Source: Macrostomum lignano (taxonomy: Eukaryota). From it: 64,000 bases of DNA. Made by a program: the position numbers and the translations under genes. The notes under the pieces are model-generated. The model was not told the DNA's origin. It ran no database searches and saw only the letters and a program-made list of their open reading frames with translations. The stretch covers positions 5,040 through 69,039 of the forward strand of contig NIVC01003933.1 of assembly GCA_002269645.1 (NCBI GenBank). The letters run 5' to 3'. Shown piece by piece: positions 1-14,725 of the stretch; position 1 is the stretch's first letter, and each line of letters opens with the position of its first letter.

Positions 1-189
1 CATGGCAACTCATACTCTCGATTTTGAGACAGCGCTTGGCGCCAAAATTCTTAATTAGGGGGGGGGGATTTTTTAATTCTCTCGGGGCAGCGGCGTTGAG
101 GCCTGAGCTGAATGGTGAGGGGGTTCAGCCGTGACATCAGTTATGATCTCATCAGCTGATATCCGCCTGATCCACCGCTTGATTTCGGC

Positions 190-942
190 TTGAGCCTGTC
201 TCTGAGCCTGTCTCTGAGCCTGTCTCTAAGCCTGTCTCTGAGCCTGTCTCTGAGCCTGTCTCTGAGCCTGTCTCTGAGCCTGTCTCTGAGTCTGTCTCTG
301 AGTCTGTCTCTGAGCCTGTCTCTGAGCCTGTCTCTGATTCTGTCTCTGAGTCTGTCTCTGAGTCTGTCTCTGAGCCTGTCTCTGAGTCTGTCTCTGAGTC
401 TGTCTCTGAGTCTGTCTCTGAGTCCGTCTCTGAGTCTGTCTCTGAGTCTGTCTCTGAGTCTGTCTCTGAGTCCGTCTCTGAGTCTGTCTCTGAGTCTGTC
501 TCTGAGCCTGTCTCTGAGACATCTGAGCCTGTCTCTGAGTCTGTCTCTGAGCCTGTCTCTGAGTCTGTCTCTGAGTCTGTCTCTGAGTTTGTCTCTGAGT
601 CTGTCTCTGAGTCTGTTTCTGAGCCTGTCTCTGAGTCTGTCTCTGAGTCTGTCTCTGAGTCTGTTTCTGAGTCTGTCTCTGAGTCTGTCTCTGAGCCTGT
701 CTCTGAGGCTGTCTTTGAGCCTGTCTCTGAGTCTGTCTCTGAGTCTATCTCTGAGTCTGTCTCTGAGTCTGTCTCTGAGTCTGTCTCTGAGCCTGTCTCT
801 GAGCCTGTCTCTGAGTCTGTCTCTGAGCCTGTCTCTGAGTCTGTCTCTGAGTCTGTCTCTGAGTCTGTCTCTGAGTCTGTCTCTGAGTCTGTCTCTGAGT
901 CTGTCTCTGAGGCTGTCTCTGAGGCTGTCTCTGAGTCTGTCT
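190..942. repeat. 12-bp minisatellite CTGAG(T/C)CTGTCT
   Basis: Direct inspection. Confidence 0.95.
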
Positions 943-963
943 CTTAGTATGTCTTGGCATCTT

Positions 964-1750
<787 letters not shown>

Positions 1751-2202
1751 GCTGAGCCTCGCTCTCCAACCAGCGCACCAAGAAGTCACCGAGCGCCCCG
1801 GTGGCCAGCTCTGAAATGGATCGCCCAAGGGGGCAGTCGAGTCCCAAAGTCTTTCAACTCCCCCAGTCCACTTTGCATTCGATTTTGACTCGATCAGTAT
1901 GCAGCTCTGGCGGCTGTATTTTCACTTGGCCATTATGAAGGATAATATTGTTAAATCGTTGTCCCATCAGGGGGTGGCGCGAGATATCCCCAGTTAATTC
2001 TGTCCCGATCCCAAAGACTGGGCCAGGCCCCGGGGCTCGGATTCGGGTCCGGATTGCTGGTGTGAAAGTTGCTTCAAATTGTCTCAAAAATCTTCACCGA
2101 TCCCCTTGGGGGAGCAGAGATTTGCATCTGGTTACTTTGGAGTGAAAGCAGAAAATTCTGCCTCAGCTGACAGCTGCCAAGTCTTCTGCGAGTTGGCTTT
2201 AC

Positions 2203-2702
2203 AGTAGCGTTCATTACAGCAGCATTGATTACAGTAGCATTGATTACAGTAGCATTGATTACAGTAGCATTGATTACAGTAGCATCGATTACAGTAGCAT
2301 TGATTACAGTAGCATTGATTACAATAGCATTGATTACAGTAGCATTGATTACAGTAGCATTGATTACAGTAGCATTGATTACAGTAGTACTCATTACAGT
2401 AGCACTTATTACAGTAGCACTGATTACAGTAGTACTCATTACAGCAGCATTGATTACAGTAGCATTGATTACAGTAGCATTGATTACAGTAGCATTGATT
2501 ACAGTAGCATTGATTACAGTAGCATTGATTACAGTAGCATTGATTACAGTAGCATTGATTACAGTAGCATTGATTACAGTAGCATTGATTACAGTAGTAC
2601 TCATTACAGTAGCACTTATTACAGTAGCACTGATTACAGTAGCATTGATTACAGTAGCACTCATTACAGTAGCACTCATTACAGTAGCAATCATTACAGT
2701 AG
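2203..2702. repeat. 15-bp minisatellite AGCATTGATTACAGT
   Basis: Direct inspection. Confidence 0.95.
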
Positions 2703-3194
2703 CAGGCACAATGCATTGTGATATCTACATGGCACAAGCAGACTTCATTGCCAACTTAGCAGACTAATAGGCACATATGCTTATTATTAAAACAGTAATA
2801 TGAGATTCATGGAGTGTGGAACTAGCAACACACAGCTATGCTCAATGTACACAATGCCACAACAGACAATAACTGTCATTCGATAAACTCAAACCTCAGC
2901 GGGCGGTCTTTATCAATGCGAAAATATTGTAAGCCTCTCATAACCTATACTTTATATCTGATTACCATAGAATGGCGGTGAAAATTATTGCGTTGTACTG
3001 ATTGACAGGAATATTGATTGGAATTGGGCGGAGAATGACAATTTCTGCAAAATGTTGTCCAACTGCCAAATATGCGGGCCGAACAAGATTAGCGCTCTGT
3101 TATTATTAGTCTGGGTTCGAGCAGATTTTAGCGTCATCTTAACTTCAACTTTAACCTCACGCTTTCAAACTGCATGAGGTCAATGTCCCTGCCT

Positions 3195-5596
3195 ACCCAA
3201 CTCTAGGTCTCCTGTCTACCCAACGCTCGGTCTTCTGTCTACCAAACTCTCAGTCTCCTATCTACCCAACTCTCAGTCTCCTATCTACCCAACTCTCAGT
3301 CTCCTATCTACCCAACTCTCAGTCTCCTGTCTACCACCCAACTCTCAGTCTCCTATCTACCCAACTCTCAGTCTCCTATCTACCCAACTCTCAGTCTCCT
3401 ATCTACCCAACTCTCAGTCTCCTATCTACCCAACTCTCAGTCTCCTATCTACCCAACTCTCAGTCTCCTGTCTACCCAACTCTCAGTCTCCTATCTACCC
3501 AACTCTCAGTCTCCTATCTACCCAACTCTCAGTCTGCTATCTACCCGACTCTCAGTCTCCTATCTACCCAACTCTCGGTCTTCTGTCTACCCAACTCTCA
3601 GTCTCCTATCTACCAAACTCTCTCAGTCTCCTATCTACCCAACTCTCAGTCTCCTATCTACCCAACTCTCAGTCTCCTGTCTACCACCCAACTCTCAGTC
3701 TCCTATCTACCCAACTCTCAGTCTCCTATCTACCCAACTCTCAGTCTCCTATCTACCCAACTCTCAGTCTCCTATCCATCCAACTCTCAGTCTCCTATCT
3801 ACCCAACTCTCAGTCTCCTATCTACCCAACTCTCAGTCTCCTATCTACCCAACTCTCAGTCTCCTATCTACCCTACTCTCAGTCTGCTATCTACCCAATT
3901 CTCAGTCTCCTATCTACCCAACTCTCAGTCTGCTATCTACCAAACTCTCAGTCTCCTATCTACCCAACTCTCAGTCTCCTATCTACCCAACTCTCAGTCT
4001 CCTATCTACCCAACTCTCAGTCTCCTATCTACCCAACTCTCAGTCTCCTATCCATCCAACTCTCAGTCTCCTATCTACCCAACTCTCAGTCTCCTATCCA
4101 TCCAACTCTCAGTCTCCTATCTACCCAACTCTCAGTCTCCTATCCATCCAACTCTCAGTCTCCTATCTACCCAACTCTCAGTCTCCTATCTACCCAACTC
4201 TCAGTCTCCTATCCATCCAACTCTCAGTCTCCTATCTACCCAACTCTCAGTCTCCTATCTACCCAATTCTCAGTCTCCTATCTACCCAACTCTCAGTCTG
4301 CTATCTACCAAACTCTCAGTCTCCTATCTACCCAACTCTCAGTCTCCTATCTACCCAACTCTCAGTCTCCTATCTACCCAACTCTCAGTCTCCTATCTAC
4401 CCAACTCTCAGTCTCCTATCTACCCAACTCTCAGTCTCCTGTCTACCCAACTCTCAGTCTCCTATCTACCCAACTCTCAGTCTCCTATCTACCCAACTCT
4501 CAGTCTCCTATCCATCCAACTCTCAGTCTCCTATCTACCCAACTCTCAGTCTCCTATCCATCCAACTCTCAGTCTCCTATCTACCCAACTCTCAGTCTCC
4601 TATCCATCCAACTCTCAGTCTCCTATCTACCCAACTCTCAGTCTCCTATCTACCCAACTCTCAGTCTCCTATCCATCCAACTCTCAGTCTCCTATCTACC
4701 CAACTCTCAGTCTCCTATCCATCCAACTCTCAGTCTCCTATCTACCCAACTCTCAGTCTCCTATCTACCCAATTCTCAGTCTCCTATCTACCCAACTCTC
4801 AGTCTGCTATCTACCAAACTCTCAGTCTCCTATCTACCCAACTCTCAGTCTCCTATCTACCCAACTCTCAGTCTCCTATCTACCCAACTCTCAGTCTCCT
4901 ATCTACCCAACTCTCAGTCTCCTGTCTACCCAACTCTCAGTCTCCTATCTACCCAACTCTCAGTCTCCTATCTACCCAACCCTCAGTCTCCTGTCTACCA
5001 CCCAACTCTCAGTCTCCTATCTACCCAACTCTCGGTCTTCTGTCTACCAAACTCTCAGTCTCCTATCTACCCAACTCTCAGTCTCCTATCTACCCAACTC
5101 TCAGTCTCCTATCTACCCAACTCTCAGTCTCCTATCTACCCAACTCTCAGTCTCCTGTCTACCCAACTCTCAGTCTCCTATCTACCCAACTCTCAGTCTC
5201 CTATCTACCCAACTCTCAGTCTCCTGTCTACCACCCAACTCTTAGTCTCCTATCTACCCAACTCTCAGTCTCCTATCTACCCAACTCTCAGTCTCCTATC
5301 TACCCAACTCTCAGTCTCCTATCCATCCAACTCTCAGTCTCCTATCTACCCGACTCTCAGTCTCCTATCTACCCAACTCTCAGTCTCCTATCTACCCAAC
5401 TCTCAGTCTCCTATCCATCCAACTCTCAGTCTCCTATCTACCCAACTCTCAGTCTCCTATCTACCCAACTCTCAGTCTCCTATCTACCCAACTCTCAGTC
5501 TCCTATCTACCCAACTCTCAGTCTCCTATCCATCCAACTCTCAGTCTCCTATCTACCCAACTCTCAGTCTCCTATCCATCCAACTCTCAGTCTCCC
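3195..5596. repeat. 23-bp minisatellite CTACCCAACTCTCAGTCTCCTAT, ~2.4 kb
   Basis: Direct inspection; roughly 100 copies. Confidence 0.97.
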
Positions 5597-6189
5597 ATCA
5601 GCCTTGAGCATTCGGCAGTTTACTCACTCGGAGTCTCCGACAACGCGAATCCGAAATTCGACCCCGCCCCAGGCCAGCCGCCTTCGCAATCAACCGAGAG
5701 ATCGGATCAGCCCTGATCAAAGCCCAACCCCTCCTCCCCTAAGCGACACGATTTGGGAAATATTTCCCCAATCGTCTTCTTCAAGACCTTCCGCGTGTCA
5801 CGCGCTACTCGGGGGGTTTCGACTCAACAGAAAAAATCAGGACCCCAGGCTAATTATCTCACAGCCTTCTCCCTCATCTTTGCCGGGGTTGAAAAAATCT
5901 GACAATGAAGTGAGGAAGCGAGCATGGGGAATTTTCGACGTTTTCAGCGCGCTGAGACTCGGACAGACAGACAGACTGGTGGAGGACAGATTTGGAGATC
6001 GAGCGTGTTGAGAAAGATTAGCGCAGGCCCTAATTAGCTTTGTCGCCTATTAAAGCTGGGCGAGTTTTTATTTGGTTCGAAGCTCAAAGTTATGACCGGC
6101 TTAAACTATGGCTGACACTCTCGCCTGCTCTCTGCTCCCTCACCTGATTCCTGTGCGCCGCAGTCTCTGCTTTCCCCGTGCTCCCTTCT

Positions 6190-7030
6190 CCTTCTCTTCT
6201 CCTCTCTCCTCTCTCCTCTCCTCCTTTCTCCTCTCTCCTCTCTCCTCTCTCCTCTCCTCCTTTCTCCTCTCTCCTCTCTCCTCTCTCCCTCACTTCTCTT
6301 CTCTCTTCTCTCCTCTCTCCTCTCTCCTCTCACCTCTCTCCTCTCACTTCTCTCCTCTCAATTCTCTCCTCTCACCTCTCTCTCTCCTCTCACCTCTCTC
6401 CTCTCACCTCTCTCCTCTCACCTCTCACCTCTCTCCTCTCTCTTCTCTCTTCTCACCTCTCTCTCTCCTCTCACCTCTCTCCTCTCACCTCTCTCCTCTC
6501 TCCTCCAGTGGAGTAGCCAGGGGGGGGGGTGGGGTTGGGCGCGGCGGATACCAAAAACCAGGAGGCAAATGAGTGCCTGCGGCGCTAAAATGAGTGCCTG
6601 CGGCGCCAAAGTGAGTGCCTGCGGCGCTAAAATGAGTGCCTGCGGCGCCAAAATGAGTGCCTGCGGCGCCAAAATGAGTGCCTGCGGCGCCAAAATGAGT
6701 GCCTGCGGCGCCAAAATGAGTGCCTGCGGCGCCAAAATGAGTGCCTGCGGCGCCAAAATGAGTGCCTGCGGCGCCAAAATGAGTGCCTGTGGCGCCAAAA
6801 GTGGCAATGGCATAAGGCATGGCCAGCCAGGCCAACCCGCCCCCCCCAATTGAAATTCCTGGCTACGCTACTGCTCTCCTCTCTCCTCTCACCTCTCTCA
6901 TCTCTCATCTTTCTCTCTCCTCTCTCCTCTCCTCTCCCATTTCACATCTCACCTTTATCCTCTCTCCTCTCACCTCTCCTCCTCAATCCTCTCTCTCCTC
7001 CATCATCTCTTCTCTCTCCTTTATCCCTCC
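6190..7030. repeat. CT-rich (CTCTCCT)-type repeat, split by the MITE
   Basis: Pyrimidine tract on both sides of 6506-6873. Confidence 0.85.
6506..6873. mobile_element. hAT-like MITE with internal 21-bp minisatellite
   Basis: 16-bp imperfect TIRs CAGTGGAGTAGCCAGG / CCTGGCTACGCTACTG (14/16). Flanked by an 8-bp direct repeat CTCTCCTC (6498-6505, 6874-6881), though in low-complexity DNA. Internal unit GAGTGCCTGCGGCGCCAAAAT. Confidence 0.7.
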
Positions 7031-7609
7031 TCTATCCGCCCCATCACACCGAGAGGATCAACTCCAAAGCAAGCACTAGGGCAATACCGATCGAAAATCG
7101 GGCGAGATTTAAGAATTGCCGCTTGAAAGTTGACCAGCCATGCAGCCCCCCAAAACGCGGTTTTTCATCAGTTCCACTCGCTTTCCTCCTGACCCCGGCG
7201 CGGCCGCCGCCTTATAACCCCCCGCCGAGCCCAAAGTCATTAGCTCACCGCAGCCGCCACCCCCAGCCCCCGCTGCCTCAGGTGCTAATTGTTTCCTAAT
7301 GATTATTTGCTCACTTGCCCATAACCGCTTTACCGTTCGGCACTCACTTCAAGTTTCCACACGCGGCATTCGTCACACTTGCCAATTTCTCACATCTCGG
7401 AACTTGAGAATCTTTTTCGAACTAAGAAAAATTGATTTTATAAGCTCGTTCAGGTGTTGGAAATTTTTCAAAGGACCCGTCATTAGGGAAAGCAATTTGC
7501 GGTTAAGGGATTTTTTAGAGTTAGCAGCAAACTTTTTGGAACCCTCTCTGCCCGCGATCAAAGCGATCAAAATTGAATCAAGGAACCGAAAATAGACGTT
7601 AGGGAGTAG

Positions 7610-7743
7610 AGAGCAGTGAGAAGGAGAGAGTAGACAGTAGACAGACAGCAGAGAGAGGACAATAAACAGTAGACAGTAGACATTAGACAGTAGACACTGA
7701 GAGTAGACAGTTGAGAGTAGACAGTAGACAGTTGAGAGTTGAG

Positions 7744-7777
<34 letters not shown>

Positions 7778-7792
7778 GAGTAGACAGTAGAG

Positions 7793-7840
<48 letters not shown>

Positions 7841-7876
7841 GAGTAGACAGTAGACAGTAGAGAGTAGACAGTAGAG

Positions 7877-7917
<41 letters not shown>

Positions 7918-7918
7918 G

Positions 7919-8008
<90 letters not shown>

Positions 8009-8044
8009 GAGTAGACAGTAGACAGTAGAGAGTAGACAGTAGAG

Positions 8045-8106
<62 letters not shown>

Positions 8107-8115
8107 GAGTACAGA
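7610..8115. repeat. 7-bp repeat GTAGACA
   Basis: Direct inspection. Confidence 0.93.
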
Positions 8116-8564
8116 GTAAATAGTTGAGAGTAATGTCACAAAGCTATTGCATTATCGCAGTTGGCCAGTGGTAAAAGCCAGTGACAAGCTAAATTCAATC
8201 CAGTTTTTATCAGTTCAGATCGTGGCAGTCCTGTTTCCCAAGCTCGCCCCGAAAATGGAAAGTTGAGTTAGTTTAACAACATTTCTGACTGCCCAACAAA
8301 AACCCAAATTCTTCAGTCTGTTCCCGAATTTCGCTTTGAAGGTGAAATGGAAAGTTAATTGAAAACGAAAAGTTTCCATTTTTTTCGTTTCCCTGCTCCA
8401 GTTGAGATGCGGTGAAAAATAAGCGAAATTAGGCTTGCACAGGGACCGAGCCAGGACTTCTGGGTGAGAAGCCTGGGCGGGATCGGCAACCGGGAAAGTA
8501 AAAGCGTCAAAAAGCGGAAATTTCGCCTAGCATTTTGCCTAAATGACACTCATGGTTGTGGAAG

Positions 8565-8868
8565 TAGAGAGTATAGAGCAGAGAGTAGAGAGCAGAGAGC
8601 AGAGAGTAGAGAGTAGAGAACAGAGAGTAGAGAGCAGAGATCAGAGAGTAGAGAGCAGAGAGTAGAGAGCAGAGAGTAGAGGGCAGAGAGTAGAGAGCAG
8701 AGAGTAGAGAGTAGAGAGCAGAGAGTAAAGAGCAGAGTAGAGAGCAGAGAGTAGAGAGTAAAGAGCAGAGAGTAAAGAGCAGAGTAGAGAGCAGAGAGTA
8801 GAGAGTAGAGAGTAGGGAGCAGAGAGTAGATAGTAGAGAGCAGAGAGTAGTGAGCAGAGAGTAAAGAG
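8565..8868. repeat. 7-bp AGAGTAG/AGAGCAG repeat
   Basis: Direct inspection. Confidence 0.9.
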
Positions 8869-9889
8869 CATTTGTTATACGGGTAACTTTCCAACAAAAC
8901 CCAGTTTCCAATCTGGAATCCTACACAGTGGTCCCCGAACAGATATATTTTCGTTGAATTGGTTTTTTGACTCCGTTTTTTTACTGCGCAAATCTTTTTT
9001 TGTGATAGCGTGCAGCACTGCGGCTTCTTACAACGGCAGGTATTCAGTCAGCAAATCAAGATGGTTAATTATTTTAGACGCTTTTTGCTTCGCTCCAAAG
9101 TTTTGCACGCAAATGTTCCCGCGGTGGTCAGAAAGTCATTCAAAATAGCTTTGTATGCACACTATAACAACTTCTGCTAAATGTTCGATAATTATTCATC
9201 GAACAGGAGGAGGCAGATTGAATCAGTTGATTTCGGCAAATCTGTCTCTCAACTTACCTGTCCGCGAGGAATATTGCTTGCTAATAATAATAATTATAAT
9301 GCTTTCTTAACACGATAGAAGCGCGGAGGCTGGGGCTCGACAATTTGATGAAGCATAACGATAGGAAGACGATTCTGGAGGCAGGTCCATCCATCTCAGT
9401 TAATTTAGGCCCCCAGGCAGATTGTCGCATTCAGGTGGCAAAGCACTTCAAAAGATTTGCTAGCTTTTTATGCGCATACTATAACAAAACACAACAATAG
9501 CGGCTTCTGTGGTGGTGATGAGGCGTGACCAAGGTAGAGTGGAGTCTGGGAATGTAGCGTGTTACTCTTTTGATTTCGGGTGACAAAAATTCCATTATAG
9601 GGCGAGCGCAAGGTTCGATTGTTGTTATCAGTTGAAATTAGCTCAGACATCTGGAGGCTGACGGGCAGACAGGCAGGTCAGACATTTCACAGCTGGACTC
9701 AACTTGGAGATTAAATGCCATTAGGCAAGTAGAGCACAGAGGCGCTGGGTGTGTCGTGCGACCTTTGGCTGCGTTGTTCATTGGTTTCCTTTTGTGAGCC
9801 ATTAGCCTGGCTAATTGAGATTGAGAATCTGTTCAAAGCTTGGAGACTCGAGTGTGGCTTTTTTACTGATTTAGGCTGCATTAAAACTA

Positions 9890-10500
9890 CAGTGACTGAG
9901 AAGAAAGAAGAGTGACTGAGAAGAAAGTAGAGTGACTGAGAAGAAAGTAGAGTGACTGACGAGACAGTAGAGTGACAGAGGAGACAGTAGAGTGACAGGG
10001 GAGGCAGTAAAGTGACAGGGGAGACAGTAGAGTGACAGAGGAGACAGTAGAGTGACAGGGGAGGCAGTAAAGTGACAGGGGAGACAGTAGAGTGACAGGG
10101 GAGACAGTAGAGTGACAGGGGAGACAGTAGAATGACAGGGGAGACAGTAGAGTGACAGGGGAGACAGTAGAGTGACTGAGGAGACAGTAGAGTGACAGGG
10201 GAGACAGTAGAGTGACAGGGGAGACAGTAGAGTGACTGAGGAGACAGTAGAGTGACAGGGGAGACAGTAGAGTGACAGGGGAGACAGTAGAGTGACTGAG
10301 GAGACAGTAGAGTGACAGGGGAGACAGTAGAGTGACAGGGGAGACAGTAGAGTGACAGGGGAGACAGTAGAGTGACTGAGGAGACAGTAGAGTGACAGGG
10401 GAGACAGTAGAGTGACTGAGGAGACAGTAGAGTGATAGGGGAGACAGTAGAGTGACGGAGAAGACAGTAAAGAGATGGGAAAGAAAGCAGAGTGACAGAG
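9890..10500. repeat. 20-bp minisatellite GAGACAGTAGAGTGACAGGG
   Basis: Direct inspection. Confidence 0.93.
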
Positions 10501-11023
10501 CAGTCAAGCAAATGCTCCAGCAGAGAGCAGCTTCAAAGTATGGAGCACACCACTTTTAGAAGATGCCAAGATGAAAGAAGCTGGAAGCAGAAAGCTCACA
10601 GAGGCCAGAGAGAGAGATATATATATAACGCAGGAAAAATGCGTTGGAAACAAAGGATAAGCAAAGAAAAATGAAGGGCCTATGCATAGTGGAAGATTCG
10701 TTCTGACAGAGATTACAGGCTTACAAATACGGTCAACACTCGGTCCGTAACGAAGTTGTCAGCTTTTTCTTGGGAAAACATCGACTTCATTATTGAATCA
10801 GGGCGATACTCTCTCTGTTGCTAAGTTAATTCTTTTACAGCCTTGGGGCCTTTGGTTCAAGGGGGTGTATGAGTCTTCTGGTCTCAATGTGCAGGGGTCC
10901 AGTGTTTACTGCCAAAGTTGAAAGTGATGTCTTGTGACAGAAAATATTGGGCATGAAAGCGTCAAAGAAAAACCTGAATAATGATAGGGCTATGAAGAAC
11001 AGAAAATCATTAAGTAGCTTCCG

Positions 11024-11900
11024 TGTCAATGATTCAGCAGCCTCAGTGTCAATGATTCAGCAGCCTCAGTGTCTATGATTCAGCAGCCTCAGTGTCAATA
11101 ATTCAGCAGCCTCAGTGTCAATGATTCAGCAGCCTCAGTGTCAATGATTCAGCAGCCTCAGTGCCAATGATTCAGCAGCCTCAGTGTCAATGATTCAGCA
11201 GCCTCAGTGTCAATGATTCAGCAGCCTCAGTATCAATGATTCAGCAGCCTCAGTGTCAATGATTCAGCAGCCTCAGTGTCAATGATTCAGCAGCCTCAGT
11301 GTCAATGATTCAGCAGCCTCAGTGTCAATGATTCAGTAGCCTCAGTGTCAATGATTCAGCAGCCTCAGTGCCAATGATTCAGCAGCATCAGTGTCTATGA
11401 TTCAGCAGCCTCAGTGTCAATGATTCAGCAGCCTCAGTGTCTATGATTCAGCAGCCTCAGTGTCAATAATTCAGCAGCCTCAGTGTCAATGATTCAGCAG
11501 CCTCAGTGTCAATGATTCAGTAGCCTCAGTGTCAATGATTCAGCAGCCTCAGTGTCTATGATTCAGCAGCCTCAGTGCCAATGATTCAGCAGCCTCAGTG
11601 TCTATGATTCAGCAGCCTCAGTGTCAATGATTCAGCAGCCTCAGTGTCTATGATTCAGCAGCCTCAGTGTCTATGATTCAGCAGCCTCAGTGTCAATGAT
11701 TCAGCAGCCTCAGTATCAATGATTCAGCAGCCTCAGTATCAATGATTCAGCAGCCTCAGTGCCAATGATTCAGCAGCCTCAGTGCCAATGATTCAGCAGC
11801 CTCAGTATCAATGATTCAGCAGCCTCAGTATCAATGATTCAGCAGCCTCAGTGCCAATGATTCAGCAGCCTCAGTATCAATGATTCAGCAGCCTCAGTGT
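11024..11900. repeat. 23-bp minisatellite TCAATGATTCAGCAGCCTCAGTG
   Basis: Direct inspection. Confidence 0.95.
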
Positions 11901-12547
11901 CCAAGAATCATGTTAGAAAGCATCTAACTACGGGGAATCTGATAGATTATTAATATTCAGAATCAGATTTATCGCCAGCCCTACACCAGAGCTAACTTGT
12001 GTGCGTGTTGGGGCTCGGGTCCAAGGCGCACAGATGTAACTGCAGATCCGGCATGTAGATCTATTATCATTTGAAATCGTGTTTCGAATGAAGCGCAACA
12101 CAGAGCCAGAGGGGCCAATGACTGTGGCAGTTCTCAAGTTACCCTTCTCAAATCTATAAATGAAATTGTCTTTGTAGCGAATACTCTTTGTCTTAGTCTT
12201 TGTATTTCGTGACTTTGTGCTTTTAAAGAATTTTACAATACGATAACGGGAGCACGCAAAAGCAATGAAAGCTGATATCTGTTATGTGTGCTGTCAGCCA
12301 GGTAAGAACAGAATTTCTTCTTTACAAACTCGGGTCCAAAGCTAATTATGCTGTCAGAGCGGGGTGCTCTGTGTGGAGACACGGTTGTGCTAACATGCTC
12401 ACGGTATAGGCTCATCTGTCCTTGAATCTGCTGGCGAAGCTCGAAAAAGATTAACAAAAAACTTCACTTGCTTCTATAAACATAGTAGACAGTGAGACAG
12501 TCTCCGAGTTTGAAGCTGGAGTCGGAGATGAGGCAGATTATTTGAGA

Positions 12548-13260
12548 TGGGGATGGATTTAGGGATGGAGATGGGGATGGGGATGGGGATCGAGATGGGG
12601 ATGGGGATCGAGATGGGGATGGGGATGGGGATGGGGATGGGATGGGGATGGGGATGGGGATGGGGATGGGATGGGGATCGAGATGGGGATGGGGATGGGG
12701 ATGGGGATGGGGATGGGAATGGGGATGGGGATGGGATGGGGATCGAGATGGGGATGGGGATGGGGATGGGGATGGGGATGGGGATGGGGATGGGATGGGA
12801 TGGAGATAGAGATGGGGATGGGGATGGGGATGGGGATGGGGATGGGGATGGGGATGGGAATGGGGATGGGGATGGGATGGAGATAGAGATGGGGATGGGG
12901 ATGGGGATGGGGATGGGGATGGGGATGGGGATGGGGATGGGGATGGGGATGGGGATGGGGATGGGGATGGGATGGAGATAGAGATGGGGATGGGGATGGG
13001 GATGGGGATGGGGATGGGGATGGGAATGGGGATGGGGATGAGATGGGGATCGAGATGGGGATGGGGATGGGGATGGGGATGGGGATGGGAATGGGGATGG
13101 GGATGGGATGGAGATAGAGATGGGGATGGGGATGGGGATGGGGATGGGGATGGGGATGGGGATGGGATGGGGATGGGGATGGGATGGAGATAGAGATGGG
13201 GATGGGGATAGGGATGGGGATGGGGAATGGAGATTGGGATAAAGATAGAGATGGGGATGG
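12548..13260. repeat. (GGGATG)n repeat
   Basis: Direct inspection. Confidence 0.93.
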
Positions 13261-13649
13261 AGAAACTAAAAAAAGTAAACAGCTGGAAATTCACCCGTCA
13301 AAGACACAAAACTCTGACTCGCCTGACTTCATGCGCTTCAGCGCAAAACAAGCAGCCGAGCTGAACACATGGGGCATGAGAAACGAGCTCATTTTTATCA
13401 GAATCCGAAAGCCGTCAAAAACTGGTATTGCACTGTATAGCATGAATTCTACAATACTACTGGGGATGTGCTAAACACACTACTTACAAGATAGCAAATG
13501 AGTAGTATATAGGGAGCATACGCATTGGGTTATTATTTTTGTAATACATTTTGCATATAGCCTTGAATAATGGATTTGTAGTTGCTTTCAGATTAAAAGC
13601 GTAATAAGTTACTGCAAATTACTATGGCAGACATCCCATCTGACAAGAA

Positions 13650-14112
13650 ACATCTCAAAGACACCTCTGACACAGACATCTCAAAGACACCTCTGACACA
13701 GACATCTCAAAGACACCTCTGACACAGACATCTCAAAGACACCTCTGACAACAGACATCTCAAAGACACCTCTGACACAGACACCTCAAAGTCACCTCTG
13801 ACACAGACATCTCAAAGTCACCTCTGACACAGACATCTCAAAGACACCTCTGACACAGATATCTCAAAGACAACCCTGACACAGACATCTCAAAGACACC
13901 TCTGACACAGACATCTCAAAGACATCTCTGACACAGGCATCTCAAAGACACCTCTGACACAGACATCTCAAAGACACCTCTGACACAGACACCTCAAAGT
14001 CACCTCTGACACAGACATCTCAAAGACACCTCTGACACAGACATCTCAAAGACACCTCTGACACAGACATCTCAAAGACATCTCTGACACAGACATCTCA
14101 TCTGACACAGGC
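13650..14112. repeat. 26-bp minisatellite GACACCTCTGACACAGACATCTCAAA
   Basis: Ends ~20 bp from the TRPM-like stop codon. Confidence 0.93.
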
Positions 14113-14133
14113 ATGTGTCCCTCCAACAGAAAT

Positions 14134-14725
14134 TTATTCAGGTAAGTCCAAAGCTGACTGGAACTGGCTTCCATCGCCCGTAGCATCCTCTGAAGAACTT
14201 TCCGTCGCGTGAACCTGCAGCTGGTAGTTTGGTGGCGGAGGGACTTCCAACGTTTGCTGCTGCTGCTGCTGTTGTTGTTGCAGAATCTTCTCCAGCATCG
14301 AGCGCAGGTCTTTCATCTGATCGTCCAACGAGGCCAAACGTCGTTCCACCGCTTGAATCGGCGGCTGCTGCTGCTGCAGCTGCTCAGCCGGCGTCGCCGC
14401 CGCCGCAGTCTCCCCGGTTGACTCGGTGAAGTGCCGACTTCGATTCGACTTCACCAAACCCAGGTAGAGTTCGGCTCGTTTCGATCGCATAGCAACGGCC
14501 TGGACAGCCAGGTAGTAGACGAACTTTAACACGGCGGACTCTCTGCGGACTCCGCGCAGACGGCGAAGCATCGTGGCGCGGTGACGACCCAGTCTGGTGT
14601 TGTGAAGGCAGCGAGGCGCCCGCAGTCGTTGCAGCAGCAGGTAGACGGCCTGCAGGATGTTCAGCGGTGGCGGCAAGGCCAGACGACGTTGAAATTCTTC
14701 GACGGTGTAGTGACGACTGTAGTAC
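14134..14725 (-). CDS. TRPM-like exon 7 (TRP box, coiled coil, polyQ)
   Basis: Acceptor ctcaaccag|G completes the W of WYYSRHY...LPPPLNIL; stop TAA at 14136-14134. Confidence 0.85.

Noticed and set aside
2074-2767. YCNQC/VINAT repeat ORFs resembling metallothionein or keratin-associated proteins
   Set aside because: A 15-bp tandem repeat open in several frames on both strands.
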